A stretch of 22,942 nucleotides of DNA. Source: Fidelibacterota bacterium (GTDB taxonomy: Bacteria; Fidelibacterota; Marinisomatia; Marinisomatales; JABMOV01). Made by a program: the position numbers and the translations under genes. Under the pieces are notes generated by a model that did no database searches, was not told the origin of the DNA, and saw nothing but the letters and a program-made list of their open reading frames with translations. The stretch is from positions 1 to 22,942 of the forward strand of contig JBHHUC010000032.1 in the NCBI GenBank assembly GCA_046861395.1, read 5' to 3'. This document shows positions 1 to 8,511 of the stretch, piece after piece (position 1 is the first letter of the stretch; each line of letters opens with the position of its first letter).

Positions 1-2
1 CC

Positions 3-983
3 CACCGCCAGTCCCGGCTGACTCGTACCGCGCATGGATTTTCCACCGTTGGCCGAACAATTTTCAAGGGGACCAGTCCCCAGGTTGATGAAATCCGGTT
101 TGAGGTGGGCCTCCGATACGATTTTCTGGAAATTTCCCAGGATGATATTTTTTCGTTTAACATTTCTCCCGGGACCGACGAAACACTGGATTATCTTCGT
201 CCGGTACGCTACCGTTACGATACCAATTCCACCAAACGAATCGGGATGCAGATTTCGGGAAAAACCACGCGGCTGTCGTATGAATTGTTTATCAATCAGG
301 GCAACAACCATCGTTCACCCACTTTGATGGATTATTTCCGGTTTTCCTATGTGAACCCTGATATTCAGGTTGATTCCCTGTTGGGGAAGGAATATTTAAA
401 CACCACAGAAATCAATATTTCAGCCTCTCAGACCGATTTACATCTAACCTTGCCCATAAGCGAAATTGAAATTGATGCCGGCCTGTTCCGTAATAATTAC
501 ACCGATAAAATTGCCTACCTGTTTACGGAGGACAATACACCCATTCCCTACAATGCACCTCAGGCCGATATATCGGGACTGGAAGGAAGTCTAACTCTGC
601 ATTTCGGTGAAGAACGGCTCCTGTTGAAACTGGCCTCCACCTGGCTGAATATCAGTTCCCCTCTCGTCTTTCCCAACCGTCCCGAAACCCAGACCATGGT
701 GAACCTAGAATACCGTCAGGGACCGGTTACCATTAGTTATGATCAATTTTATTATGGTAAACGCTATATTTACATTCCCGGCATCGGCGAAGGATTTTAT
801 GACCCCACCGTCACTGCGAATCTTGCCGTGACCTTAAGGAAAAAACTATTCCATATGTCCTGGTATCTGAATTATACCATCCGAAACCTCATGTCCGACC
901 CGGCTCCGCCCATCACGGAAAATCCGACCTTCAATTACTTTGAACAGTATCGTCATATCGTTACGCTGATGGCGGAATTATGA
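3..983 (+). CDS. Outer-membrane beta-barrel, TonB-dependent-receptor-like C-terminal part (5' truncated by window edge)
   Basis: The frame is open from position 3, so the ORF-track start at 105 is not the true start. Alternating aromatic/amphipathic strands, FPNRP motif and a terminal 'IRNL...YRHIVTLMAEL' barrel-like ending. Stop overlaps the next ATG (ATGA). Confidence 0.55.
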   Translation, partial: HRQSRLTRTAHGFSTVGRTIFKGTSPQVDEIRFEVGLRYDFLEISQDDIFSFNISPGTDETLDYLRPVRYRYDTNSTKRIGMQISGKTTRLSYELFINQGNNHRSPTLMDYFRFSYVNPDIQVDSLLGKEYLNTTEINISASQTDLHLTLPISEIEIDAGLFRNNYTDKIAYLFTEDNTPIPYNAPQADISGLEGSLTLHFGEERLLLKLASTWLNISSPLVFPNRPETQTMVNLEYRQGPVTISYDQFYYGKRYIYIPGIGEGFYDPTVTANLAVTLRKKLFHMSWYLNYTIRNLMSDPAPPITENPTFNYFEQYRHIVTLMAEL

Positions 984-2455
984 AAATTTCAGTAGCAGGT
1001 ATAATACTTTTCCTGTTGTTTGGTGGGTGTGAAATCCCCACCAGACCCTCAGCCTCCAATGATGCCTTTTCCCTGTCCTATTCCCTGACTACCACTACCA
1101 TCAAACGCCAGATTCCCATCACAATTACCTGGTCGGAGATTACGATAAGCCGTTTCAAGCAATTCGAAATCGAGCGGGCTAAGATTGTTGGGGATACATA
1201 TCAATGGATGATACGCGGTATCGTAACCGATTCACTGGCTACGACATTTATCGATACCATCGATGATGATGTTACATTCCAGTACCGGGTTCGCATCGTG
1301 GACCAGAATAATCAATACAAAGTTTCACTGGCTGAACCATTTACCATCCCAACCGTACGGTCCGTGACGATTCCCATAGATTATTCCTCCATCCAGGAAG
1401 CCTTTGAAACGAATTTCATCGATGAAGGTGATTCCATTCGCGTACTGCAAGGGTCGTATCCCTGCTCCCTGAATATCGTGGATAAACCGATTTCTCTTTA
1501 CGCTCCGGATGGACCAGACCGGACCTTCCTGTTCGGGATTGCGCAGGCCATGAAACCGGTTGTTACCATAAATTGTGGTGATATAAACGCGTTTACCATC
1601 ACCGGCGGAAAGGCCTTTTACGGAGGCGGGGTCCTGGCGGAAGGCAATGCGGTGGTCCGTAACTGCGTCATCAGCAATAATGAAGCCCGTGAAGACCCAA
1701 ACCAGAACCTACCCACTTTCCCCATCGGATGGGGTGGCGGTGTCCATGCCCGCGGGGAAGCCCTGATTATTGATTGTGAAATTTCAAACAACCTCGCCAT
1801 GCGGGGCGGCGGCGGTATCGTACTGGAAGAAAATGCTCAATTCATCCGTGGCTTGGTTAAAAGTAATCGATCCCGTATTCTGGGCGGTGGAATTTATTTT
1901 CATCTCAATTATACCGGAGACCTGACCCTATGCCGGATCATAAATAATAAAACCATGTACAACATTACCGGATTGGGTGGCGGGATTTATTCCAGTCGTG
2001 GTGATTTGACTATCTCGAACACGGTATTGGCTAAGAATTCTGCTGGGGTCTATGGCGGAGGTATATACTCCGATGAAGCAAATTCCATCCGATTTATCAA
2101 CTGCGTTTTTTTCAGGAATTCCGCCCTGAATCGTGAGAAACGCAGCGGTGCCATCGGTGGTTCCAATCCCTATCAGATCATGAATTCCATTGTTTATAAG
2201 AATTCCGGCCCTATTGAAAACCGTCTGTTCGGCAATGTGCTTTCCTGGTCACTGACGGATCAAATGTCTTTTGCCATTGGGGAAGGAAACCTGATTGGTG
2301 ATCCCGGATTTATCAATACACGCGCTAATAATTACGGTTTGATCACCACATCACCCTGCATCGATGCCGGCAATCCCGATTCTCAGTATAATGATCCGGA
2401 CGGTACCCGCAATGATATGGGTATCTTCGGCGGACCCGGAGCGGTCAATCCTTGA
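980..2455 (+). CDS. Lipoprotein with FN3-like region and right-handed parallel beta-helix (pectin-lyase-like) repeats
   Basis: Lipobox-like LLFGG-C, repeated GGG(I/V)Y...N.A motifs, and C-terminal SPCIDAGNP...DPDGTRNDMGIFGGP typical of this surface-protein class. Confidence 0.75.
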   Translation: MKISVAGIILFLLFGGCEIPTRPSASNDAFSLSYSLTTTTIKRQIPITITWSEITISRFKQFEIERAKIVGDTYQWMIRGIVTDSLATTFIDTIDDDVTFQYRVRIVDQNNQYKVSLAEPFTIPTVRSVTIPIDYSSIQEAFETNFIDEGDSIRVLQGSYPCSLNIVDKPISLYAPDGPDRTFLFGIAQAMKPVVTINCGDINAFTITGGKAFYGGGVLAEGNAVVRNCVISNNEAREDPNQNLPTFPIGWGGGVHARGEALIIDCEISNNLAMRGGGGIVLEENAQFIRGLVKSNRSRILGGGIYFHLNYTGDLTLCRIINNKTMYNITGLGGGIYSSRGDLTISNTVLAKNSAGVYGGGIYSDEANSIRFINCVFFRNSALNREKRSGAIGGSNPYQIMNSIVYKNSGPIENRLFGNVLSWSLTDQMSFAIGEGNLIGDPGFINTRANNYGLITTSPCIDAGNPDSQYNDPDGTRNDMGIFGGPGAVNP

Positions 2456-2855
2456 TGATTCCCCAGGTATAGAGAGTCGTCAAGCTATGGAGCCCTATGA
2501 CATCGGAGCGCAAGCGAATGGGATAGACGCTGTTGGCGTCGATATAAAACATGACATATTGATTGAAACCCAGGGTGTCCCCCGCTTCCAACGGGGCATC
2601 GTAATCAAAGAAAACACCGGTATACTGTAAGGAGTCCGACGTCACCAGGGAAACCTTTACTTCCCAGCCATCAACGGGATGGTCAGAAGTATTCATAATA
2701 TCCCAATCGAATTTGATCAGTCCGTCGTAGCCCTCCAATTCTATATGTCTGATGGCGGATTCAATCGGGACAGTGGAGTGGACTTCACCAGTCTTTTTTT
2801 CACAGGCTGTGATGAACAAGATTAGAGTTGGAATCAATAATTTGATGCTGGACAT
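2445..2855 (-). CDS. Hypothetical lipoprotein
   Basis: 136 aa with a hydrophobic leader ending LFITA-C. Its 3' end overlaps the convergent gene by 11 nt. Confidence 0.6.
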   Translation of the reverse strand: MSSIKLLIPTLILFITACEKKTGEVHSTVPIESAIRHIELEGYDGLIKFDWDIMNTSDHPVDGWEVKVSLVTSDSLQYTGVFFDYDAPLEAGDTLGFNQYVMFYIDANSVYPIRLRSDVIGLHSLTTLYTWGIIKD

Positions 2856-2945
2856 GGGATGAACCTAAACAGGGCAAGGGCGGGAAATCCAGTCTCATTG
2901 ATCGATAATTCCGTACACTTGCACATTACCGTTTACTACCCGGCC

Positions 2946-2961
2946 TGTCCGGTGTCGGACA
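2946..2961 (+). promoter_or_regulatory. Crp/Fnr-family (CooA-box-like) site TGTCC-GGTGTC-GGACA upstream of the selenoprotein gene
   Basis: Perfect 5-6-5 palindrome in an intergenic region. A -10-like TATGTT at 2984-2989 lies 22 nt downstream. The same motif occurs at three other intergenic sites. Confidence 0.75.
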
Positions 2962-3012
2962 ATTTCAATCCCCATTTTTCCTCTATGTTTACATGCAACG
3001 AAAGTCCATCCT

Positions 3013-5001
3013 ATGTCAAAGATCATCACGCTTACCATTCTTTCCCTTACGCTGCTCAGCGCGGAAAATCTTTCCCTGACCTACCGTGGTACGTTGAGCA
3101 ATCATGAATTGCTGGACGTCTATATTGACGGAAACTGGGCCTATGTTCCGGCCGGATTGGGCGGACTGAATATTGTCGATTTATCGGCACCAGGCAATCC
3201 CGAAGTCATTGGACAATATGACGCCGATGGCTGTGCCTGGGGCCGTCTCTATGCCTGGGCTACCCGGGGGACCTATGCCTATGGTACCGGCCGTGATTGC
3301 GGTATTCATATTGTCTCCGTATCACCGGAAGGCATTCCCACTTTCATGAACACCTACATTGATCAGTCGCGTGCCAGTGTACGTTATGAACATCCCGAAA
3401 CATCCAATGATCTCCTATTTGCTTCCCGACATCAGGACGGCGTGGAAATTCTTTCTCTCAGCGATCCAATTCATCCCTACCAGTTATCCGTCATCCCTAC
3501 GGGAAATGCCTGGGCCACCCTGGCCAGCGATTCCATCCTCTATATCGCCGACGGTGGTTACGGCATTGCAGTTGTCGATATCACCGACCCGGAAACACCC
3601 ATCATATTGTCCACTATGGAGACATCGGGAACGGCCAAGGATCTGGCGCTGGTAAATCAATCCTTATTTGTCGCCGTTGGTGCCTACGGTGTGGATATGA
3701 TCAACGTACAAAACCCGGCAACTCCAGAATTCATAGCCAATTACAATACAACCGGATACGCCTCCCGTGTCGCAGCCAATGACAGTCTGGTGGCTGTTTC
3801 CGATTGGGACGATGTGGAAGTTTTACGCCACGGAACATTCGGTTTGGCTCTGGCCGGTTATAAAAATACCGGCGGCCGCGTCATGGCAATTAATATGATT
3901 GGCGATCACATCATTTCTGCCGAATGGAATTTATTCTCTGTTTTCCGTTTTGAAAATCAAACCGGTGCAGATATGGATTTATCCGTACACAAACTATCCT
4001 TTCCCCGAACCGCCAGTCCGAGCACGTCCACTCTCCCCCTTCAGATGACCAATTCAGGCAATTCGGTATTGTCGATTGCCGGCTATCAAATCAGTAATTC
4101 GGACTTTAGTATTACCATCCCTCAATTATCGCTGAACCCGGGACAAAGTCAGGAAATTGCCGTGCATTATACGCCTCAGGGCGGTACCTGGTACGGAACG
4201 CTGACCTTTCACACCAACGATCCCGATGAAGAGACGGTGGATGTCCGCGTTACGGGTAATTTTCCCTATGGTCCCATGGTGGGAGATCCGGCTCCGGGAT
4301 TTTCTCTACCTCTGGTTAATGGAAACGGGTATATGGGGTTGGAGGATTTAGCCGGGCAGCCTGCTGTGATTGCCTTTTTTACAGGGTGGTGACCCGTGTG
4401 TGCTCCGGAGTTTTCGGATTTGGAAATATCAATTTGGCAGGAATATCAGGCGCAAGGTTTGCAGGTCATCGGCATTTCGAATGAGCCATTAACCGTAATT
4501 GAAAATTTTATCGAGGATCAGGGCGTGACTTTTCCCGTCCTGCGAGATAATCAAAATGTTTACAGCGCCTATAATATTCCCGGTGGTCCATCTCCCTATC
4601 CCCGTGATTTTATCATCGATGCCGACGGTGTTGTTCATCTGGCGAAAACCGAATATGATCCCGGAGAAATGATCAATGTTATTGAAACTTTGCTGGGGAA
4701 TACCGCTGCCAGTGAAGACAATGATGTTCTGCCCCAATCGTTTTCACTTTCGGTCTATCCCAATCCCTTTAACTTTGCCACCACCTTTCACGTTACTGTA
4801 GCCAGTTCCGGTTATATGACTCTCACAATCATGGACCTCCTTGGGAAGGTGGTGGCAATACCGTTTACCGGGAATCTTCCCGCCGGATCAAACCGGGTGG
4901 AGTGGAACACACGAAACCGGGGGTTGTCTTCCGGTGTTTACTTTGCAGTGCTTGAATCGGATCAGGCTATATGGTCAATAAAGTTTATCCTACTAAAATA
5001 A
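3013..5001 (+). CDS. Secreted multidomain selenoprotein: signal peptide, LVIVD repeats, Ig-like (ASH/choice-of-anchor D) domain, AhpC/TSA-TlpA redoxin with UxxC, T9SS-type C-terminal sorting domain (662 aa, Sec460)
   Basis: ORFs 3013-4392 and 4396-5001 share a frame and are separated by one TGA (4390-4392). Read-through gives VIAFFTGW-U-PVC-APE, the W-C-x-x-C active site of a redoxin whose N-part (VGDPAPGFSL) and C-part (VIGIS...FPVLRD...YPRDFIID) flank the TGA. A SECIS-like hairpin follows, and the protein ends in a VYPNPFN...SSGVYF...K domain. Confidence 0.9.
4404..4418 (+). other. Bacterial SECIS-like hairpin TCCGGA-GTT-TTCGGA
   Basis: 6-bp stem (one G-U pair) with a loop beginning GU. 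It starts after an 11-nt spacer following the in-frame TGA, which matches the known bacterial SECIS geometry. Confidence 0.75.
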
Positions 5002-5010
5002 TCGCACAGC

Positions 5011-5026
5011 TCTCCGACCGGGGAGA
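5011..5026. terminator. Short hairpin between convergent genes (possible weak terminator)
   Basis: TCTCC-GACCGG-GGAGA, only a 5-bp stem and no adjacent U-tract. Confidence 0.25.
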
Positions 5027-5044
5027 ACCCAAAGAATTTTTACT

Positions 5045-5923
5045 TTATTGCGGCATCCAGGTCAGATTCAGGGCAAGATTACTTTGCCGCATGTCCAATC
5101 CAGGAATGCCGGTGATGAGAGGTCCACGCAAGGTCAGGGTAAACACCATTTCATCATGGCGATAATCCAATCCGGCCGAACCGAACAGATACCACCCCTT
5201 TACCGAGGGGCGGTAATCGCGGCGAAACGATAATTGCAGGGAGGGAAATATCCGCTGCCGAACAAATCTCTGGTCACGCTGATAGATGGAAACCTGCATT
5301 ATGGTTTCATTGAAACGATAGGCGCTGCGCGATACAGGGACATCCAGAAGCCACTGCATTCCAAGAATATATTTGGTTTCCTGAAAACGCCAGCCGTCCA
5401 GTGCTATCCGATGCAGGGCCCTTCCATCGGTAGCCAGTCCGCTTGATTCAGTTTCCGGTGCCACCCGGGACTTCTCAGGTAGAATTACACCGTTTGTCAG
5501 GTGAAAATTTCCTCGTTTCCAGGCTGGAATCATGCTGCGGAGAAGAATAGCCACTTCACCGGCTTTCCAACGATTGTCTGCTCCTCGGGTCCAGGGAACT
5601 GCCAACGTCAGTTCGGCCGCCGGATGGGGACGCATCGTCATCGACAGGGACAGGATTTCCCGGAAATCGCGACGATTGACGGAAATAAAATTGATTTTCT
5701 TGGTATGGACGCGGACCTGATTATAGGTGACCGATAAAAAGAAATTTTGCTCCCCCGGAAGGATGGTTTGGCCGGAAATTGTCAGAGGTTGAAACGATCC
5801 GGTGTTGGCTGTAGTGGATAATTGATTCCCTCCCACGGAAGGTGGTGGTGTCATTCAAGCCGTGCACTGTGCCTGCAACCAACTCGAAGAAATCAGGATC
5901 AATCCGCATATTACCCGGATCAT
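5045..5923 (-). CDS. Putative exported / outer-membrane beta-barrel selenoprotein with N-terminal CxxU (292 aa, Sec23)
   Basis: The ATG at 5923 overlaps the nnrE stop (ATGA) and encodes a signal peptide MIRVICGLILISSSWLQA-QCTA. An in-frame TGA (5857-5855) then leads into the 269-aa ORF starting 5854. A SECIS-like hairpin follows. Downstream sequence has amphipathic beta strands and an aromatic residue near the C-terminus. Confidence 0.8.
5828..5842 (-). other. Bacterial SECIS-like hairpin CCTTCC-GTG-GGAGGG
   Basis: 6-bp stem (one U-G pair) with a loop beginning GU, 12 nt after the in-frame TGA. Same size and geometry as the 4404-4418 element. Confidence 0.7.
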
Positions 5924-6657
5924 GGCAATCTCAGGATTGGCCCTGGAGCAAAAAGACTTGGGCAGGAATGTCCGATGGCGGTTAAAATATCATCGGGGAC
6001 ACCAATATCAGCCAGAAAAAGTTGACCCGTCTTTACCCGGGCAGGCGGCGTAAGTAAACCTTTTTTGGGCAGGGCCAATGTCAGTGTGGCCTGGGCCGAA
6101 ATTACGTTTCCGGTTATGGCTCCTGCTGTGGTATCCAAACCAGTGGGAGCATCCAGGGCCAGGATAAATGCCGGCCTTCCCGACTTGACCCGGGGCAGAT
6201 ATTTGGCAACCGATCCCCGCACCGGTCCCTGCAGACCGTATCCGATCACGGCGTCCAATAAAAAGGATCGGGACAAAACATCTTCTTCAGGCAGTGACGG
6301 GAGACAGGTGACATTTTTCATTCGGCGCAGGGTCTGCCAACGTTCGGCGGGAACCGGTTTCAACCGGGCTGAATCTCCGATTAGATATGCCGAAACAAGA
6401 TAGCCACGATTTGCCAGATGACGCGCGGCGGTCATACCACCGCCGCCGTTATTGCCTGTCCCGGCACAGACGCAAATCGGTACAGTCTTATCATCAATGA
6501 GGATTTCGGTCAAATCCGCCAGGTTGCGTCCGGCCAGCTCCATCATCTGGGATAGACGAATACCGTACTCCTCCATCATTAAACGGTCGACTTCAACCAT
6601 TTCGGCGGTGGTAATGGCCGGGACTGGATTCCTACAAATAGGAAAAGAATATTTCAT
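5920..6657 (-). CDS. nnrE: Stand-alone NAD(P)H-hydrate epimerase (YjeF N-terminal domain)
   Basis: Motifs MMELAG, GTGNNGGGG, DAVIGYG, LALDAPTG, TLTLALPK and LADIGVP. Confidence 0.9.
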   Translation of the reverse strand: MKYSFPICRNPVPAITTAEMVEVDRLMMEEYGIRLSQMMELAGRNLADLTEILIDDKTVPICVCAGTGNNGGGGMTAARHLANRGYLVSAYLIGDSARLKPVPAERWQTLRRMKNVTCLPSLPEEDVLSRSFLLDAVIGYGLQGPVRGSVAKYLPRVKSGRPAFILALDAPTGLDTTAGAITGNVISAQATLTLALPKKGLLTPPARVKTGQLFLADIGVPDDILTAIGHSCPSLFAPGPILRLP

Positions 6658-6689
6658 GTTTCAATTTACAGTGAAGGGACCCAATTCAG

Positions 6690-6705
6690 TGTCAGGCGCC
6701 GGACA
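6690..6705 (-). promoter_or_regulatory. Crp/Fnr-family site (plus strand TGTCA-GGCGCC-GGACA) upstream of nnrE and the CxxU gene
   Basis: Intergenic 5-6-5 palindrome. A -10-like TAAATT at 6668-6663 lies 21 nt downstream on the minus strand. Confidence 0.75.
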
Positions 6706-6720
6706 GCATTTTCGACCCGG

Positions 6721-7425
6721 TTACCAAGGAATGGGTTGGCGATCGCGGAAAAATTGCCCGTTGGGTCCGTCGTCCGGTAAAGTTGCTAGCCATACGGCCG
6801 TGTCAGCACCTTGGGCCGGAGTCCGCGGCGCATTTTCACCACCCATATCAGTATGGACCCAGCCGGGGCACATGGAATTGATCAGAACGTTTTTCCCTTG
6901 AACTTCAGCCGCTAAGAATCGCGTTACGGCATTCAAAGCCGTCTTGGAGATACGATAACCCGGATAACCGGAGGACATTTCGGACAATTGCCCCATGCCG
7001 CTGGATAGATTGACAATACGACCGTAATTCCTATAAATCATTCCCGGCAGAAACATCTGACAGAGACGCAACGGTCCGTAGACATTGGCTTCCATGGTGA
7101 TACGAATCGTTTCTATCGACGCTTCGAGAGTTGAACCCGGCGGGTCCAGCAATACACCGGCATTGTTGACCAAGATGTCCAGCCGTCCTTCTTTTTCCAG
7201 CAATGTATCGCGGGCATCACTGATAATGGATTCATTGGTGACATCAAGATGGAGCAATTGTACCTGCACATCTCGTTCAGCCAGATTTGCAACAGCATCC
7301 ATGCCATTTTCCACATCCCGGACACCCATATAAACGCGGGTGCCACGTGTTGCCAACTGATAACAAATTTCATATCCGATTCCCCGATTACCACCGGTGA
7401 CCAGGGCAATGTTGCTTTCCGACAT
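6721..7425 (-). CDS. SDR family oxidoreductase (carbonyl-reductase-like)
   Basis: TGGNRGIG, NNAG, YRISK and CPGWVHTDMG motifs. Start moved to ATG 7425, which follows AGGAGG. Confidence 0.9.
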   Translation of the reverse strand: MSESNIALVTGGNRGIGYEICYQLATRGTRVYMGVRDVENGMDAVANLAERDVQVQLLHLDVTNESIISDARDTLLEKEGRLDILVNNAGVLLDPPGSTLEASIETIRITMEANVYGPLRLCQMFLPGMIYRNYGRIVNLSSGMGQLSEMSSGYPGYRISKTALNAVTRFLAAEVQGKNVLINSMCPGWVHTDMGGENAPRTPAQGADTAVWLATLPDDGPNGQFFRDRQPIPW

Positions 7426-7596
7426 CCTTTTCCTCCTAAACCGACCCGTTTTGTAGAGATAAAATTCATAAATAATGTCCATTAAGACCAGTTATTTATT
7501 GGTTTTATGGTTTTTCGATATATTTCGTAAGCGCTCACGATGGTTTTCCCTGAGCTTTGTTCCCGGGACTGACCGGCATTCATTTCAATCGCATGA

Positions 7597-8511
7597 TCAG
7601 GGAAAGCGAATCGCTGTCCCCACCGAGATTCTCAGTCGTGGTTCGCTGCCCGGTGGGATATTACCGGAACTGGACTGAGTATAGACTGGAATCTTGATTG
7701 CCACACCGCCATCCCGGAATTGATTCCGTTTAAATAACAGGTTTATCTTTGCGTATATCGTGGTAATCCAACGGTCTCCTGACGGAATATCTAGGAAGGT
7801 ATCCGGTGTTTTTAAATGCCGAATATCCAGAGCAAGACCCGGTTTTATATACACCATACGGTTCAGATCGTACCTGCCCCCCAGTTCGGCACTCAGTGAT
7901 TCATCATAAACAACATCTCTCACCTCCCTGACATTCTGCTGCCAGGCCAATGCCAACGATAGTTGATGCAGTCCGGTGAAGCGGGTTATCCCGACCGGAA
8001 GTAAGATGGATCGGTTCACAGCCAGTGCTACCATGGCAGTACTCGGTGTTTTGAACGGAAATCCCTGACGGGAATAGTGACGGTGCTCTGTTGCTTTGTA
8101 TTGTATTTCGACTATCATACCATTGAACCAATGCCGGTAGCCCAACCGCAAACCGCTGGCAGTGATGTCGGTTGACCATTGTTCAAAGGAAATTCTTTCC
8201 TCGATTTGGGTACGGTTTACGCCGGCTTGAACAAAGAACACGGAAGTGGGACGGAAAGAGCGGGACCATTCCAGAAATAGATTTCCGGTTGTTCCGTACC
8301 GTATCGAGCTCCCTCCGTTTCCCGTCTGATCACCCTGGATTCCCACCATAATCTGATCCTTGTGGGCTAGCCCTAGGGGTGAAGGACGATGCCACAGGGA
8401 TGTTAGGGTCGCATTTCCTGTCCCACTAGTCGTTGATCCGTTTAAGGAACAACATAGTTGTGCCGTTCCCATCTGCAGGAATAGCGGAAATAATACCAGC
8501 GCACGAATCAT
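7597..8511 (-). CDS. Putative outer-membrane beta-barrel ('transporter'-like) protein with N-terminal Cys pair
   Basis: Signal peptide MIRALVLFPLFLQMGTA-QLCC, amphipathic strands, and C-terminal ...IRFP. ATGA overlap with the upstream gene. Confidence 0.65.
   Translation of the reverse strand: MIRALVLFPLFLQMGTAQLCCSLNGSTTSGTGNATLTSLWHRPSPLGLAHKDQIMVGIQGDQTGNGGSSIRYGTTGNLFLEWSRSFRPTSVFFVQAGVNRTQIEERISFEQWSTDITASGLRLGYRHWFNGMIVEIQYKATEHRHYSRQGFPFKTPSTAMVALAVNRSILLPVGITRFTGLHQLSLALAWQQNVREVRDVVYDESLSAELGGRYDLNRMVYIKPGLALDIRHLKTPDTFLDIPSGDRWITTIYAKINLLFKRNQFRDGGVAIKIPVYTQSSSGNIPPGSEPRLRISVGTAIRFP

Noticed and set aside
4390..4392. TGA as a true stop or nonsense mutation giving two genes or a pseudogene
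   Set aside because: It falls on the catalytic Cys position, has a SECIS-like hairpin at the expected spacing, and the GTG at 4396 would start mid-active-site.
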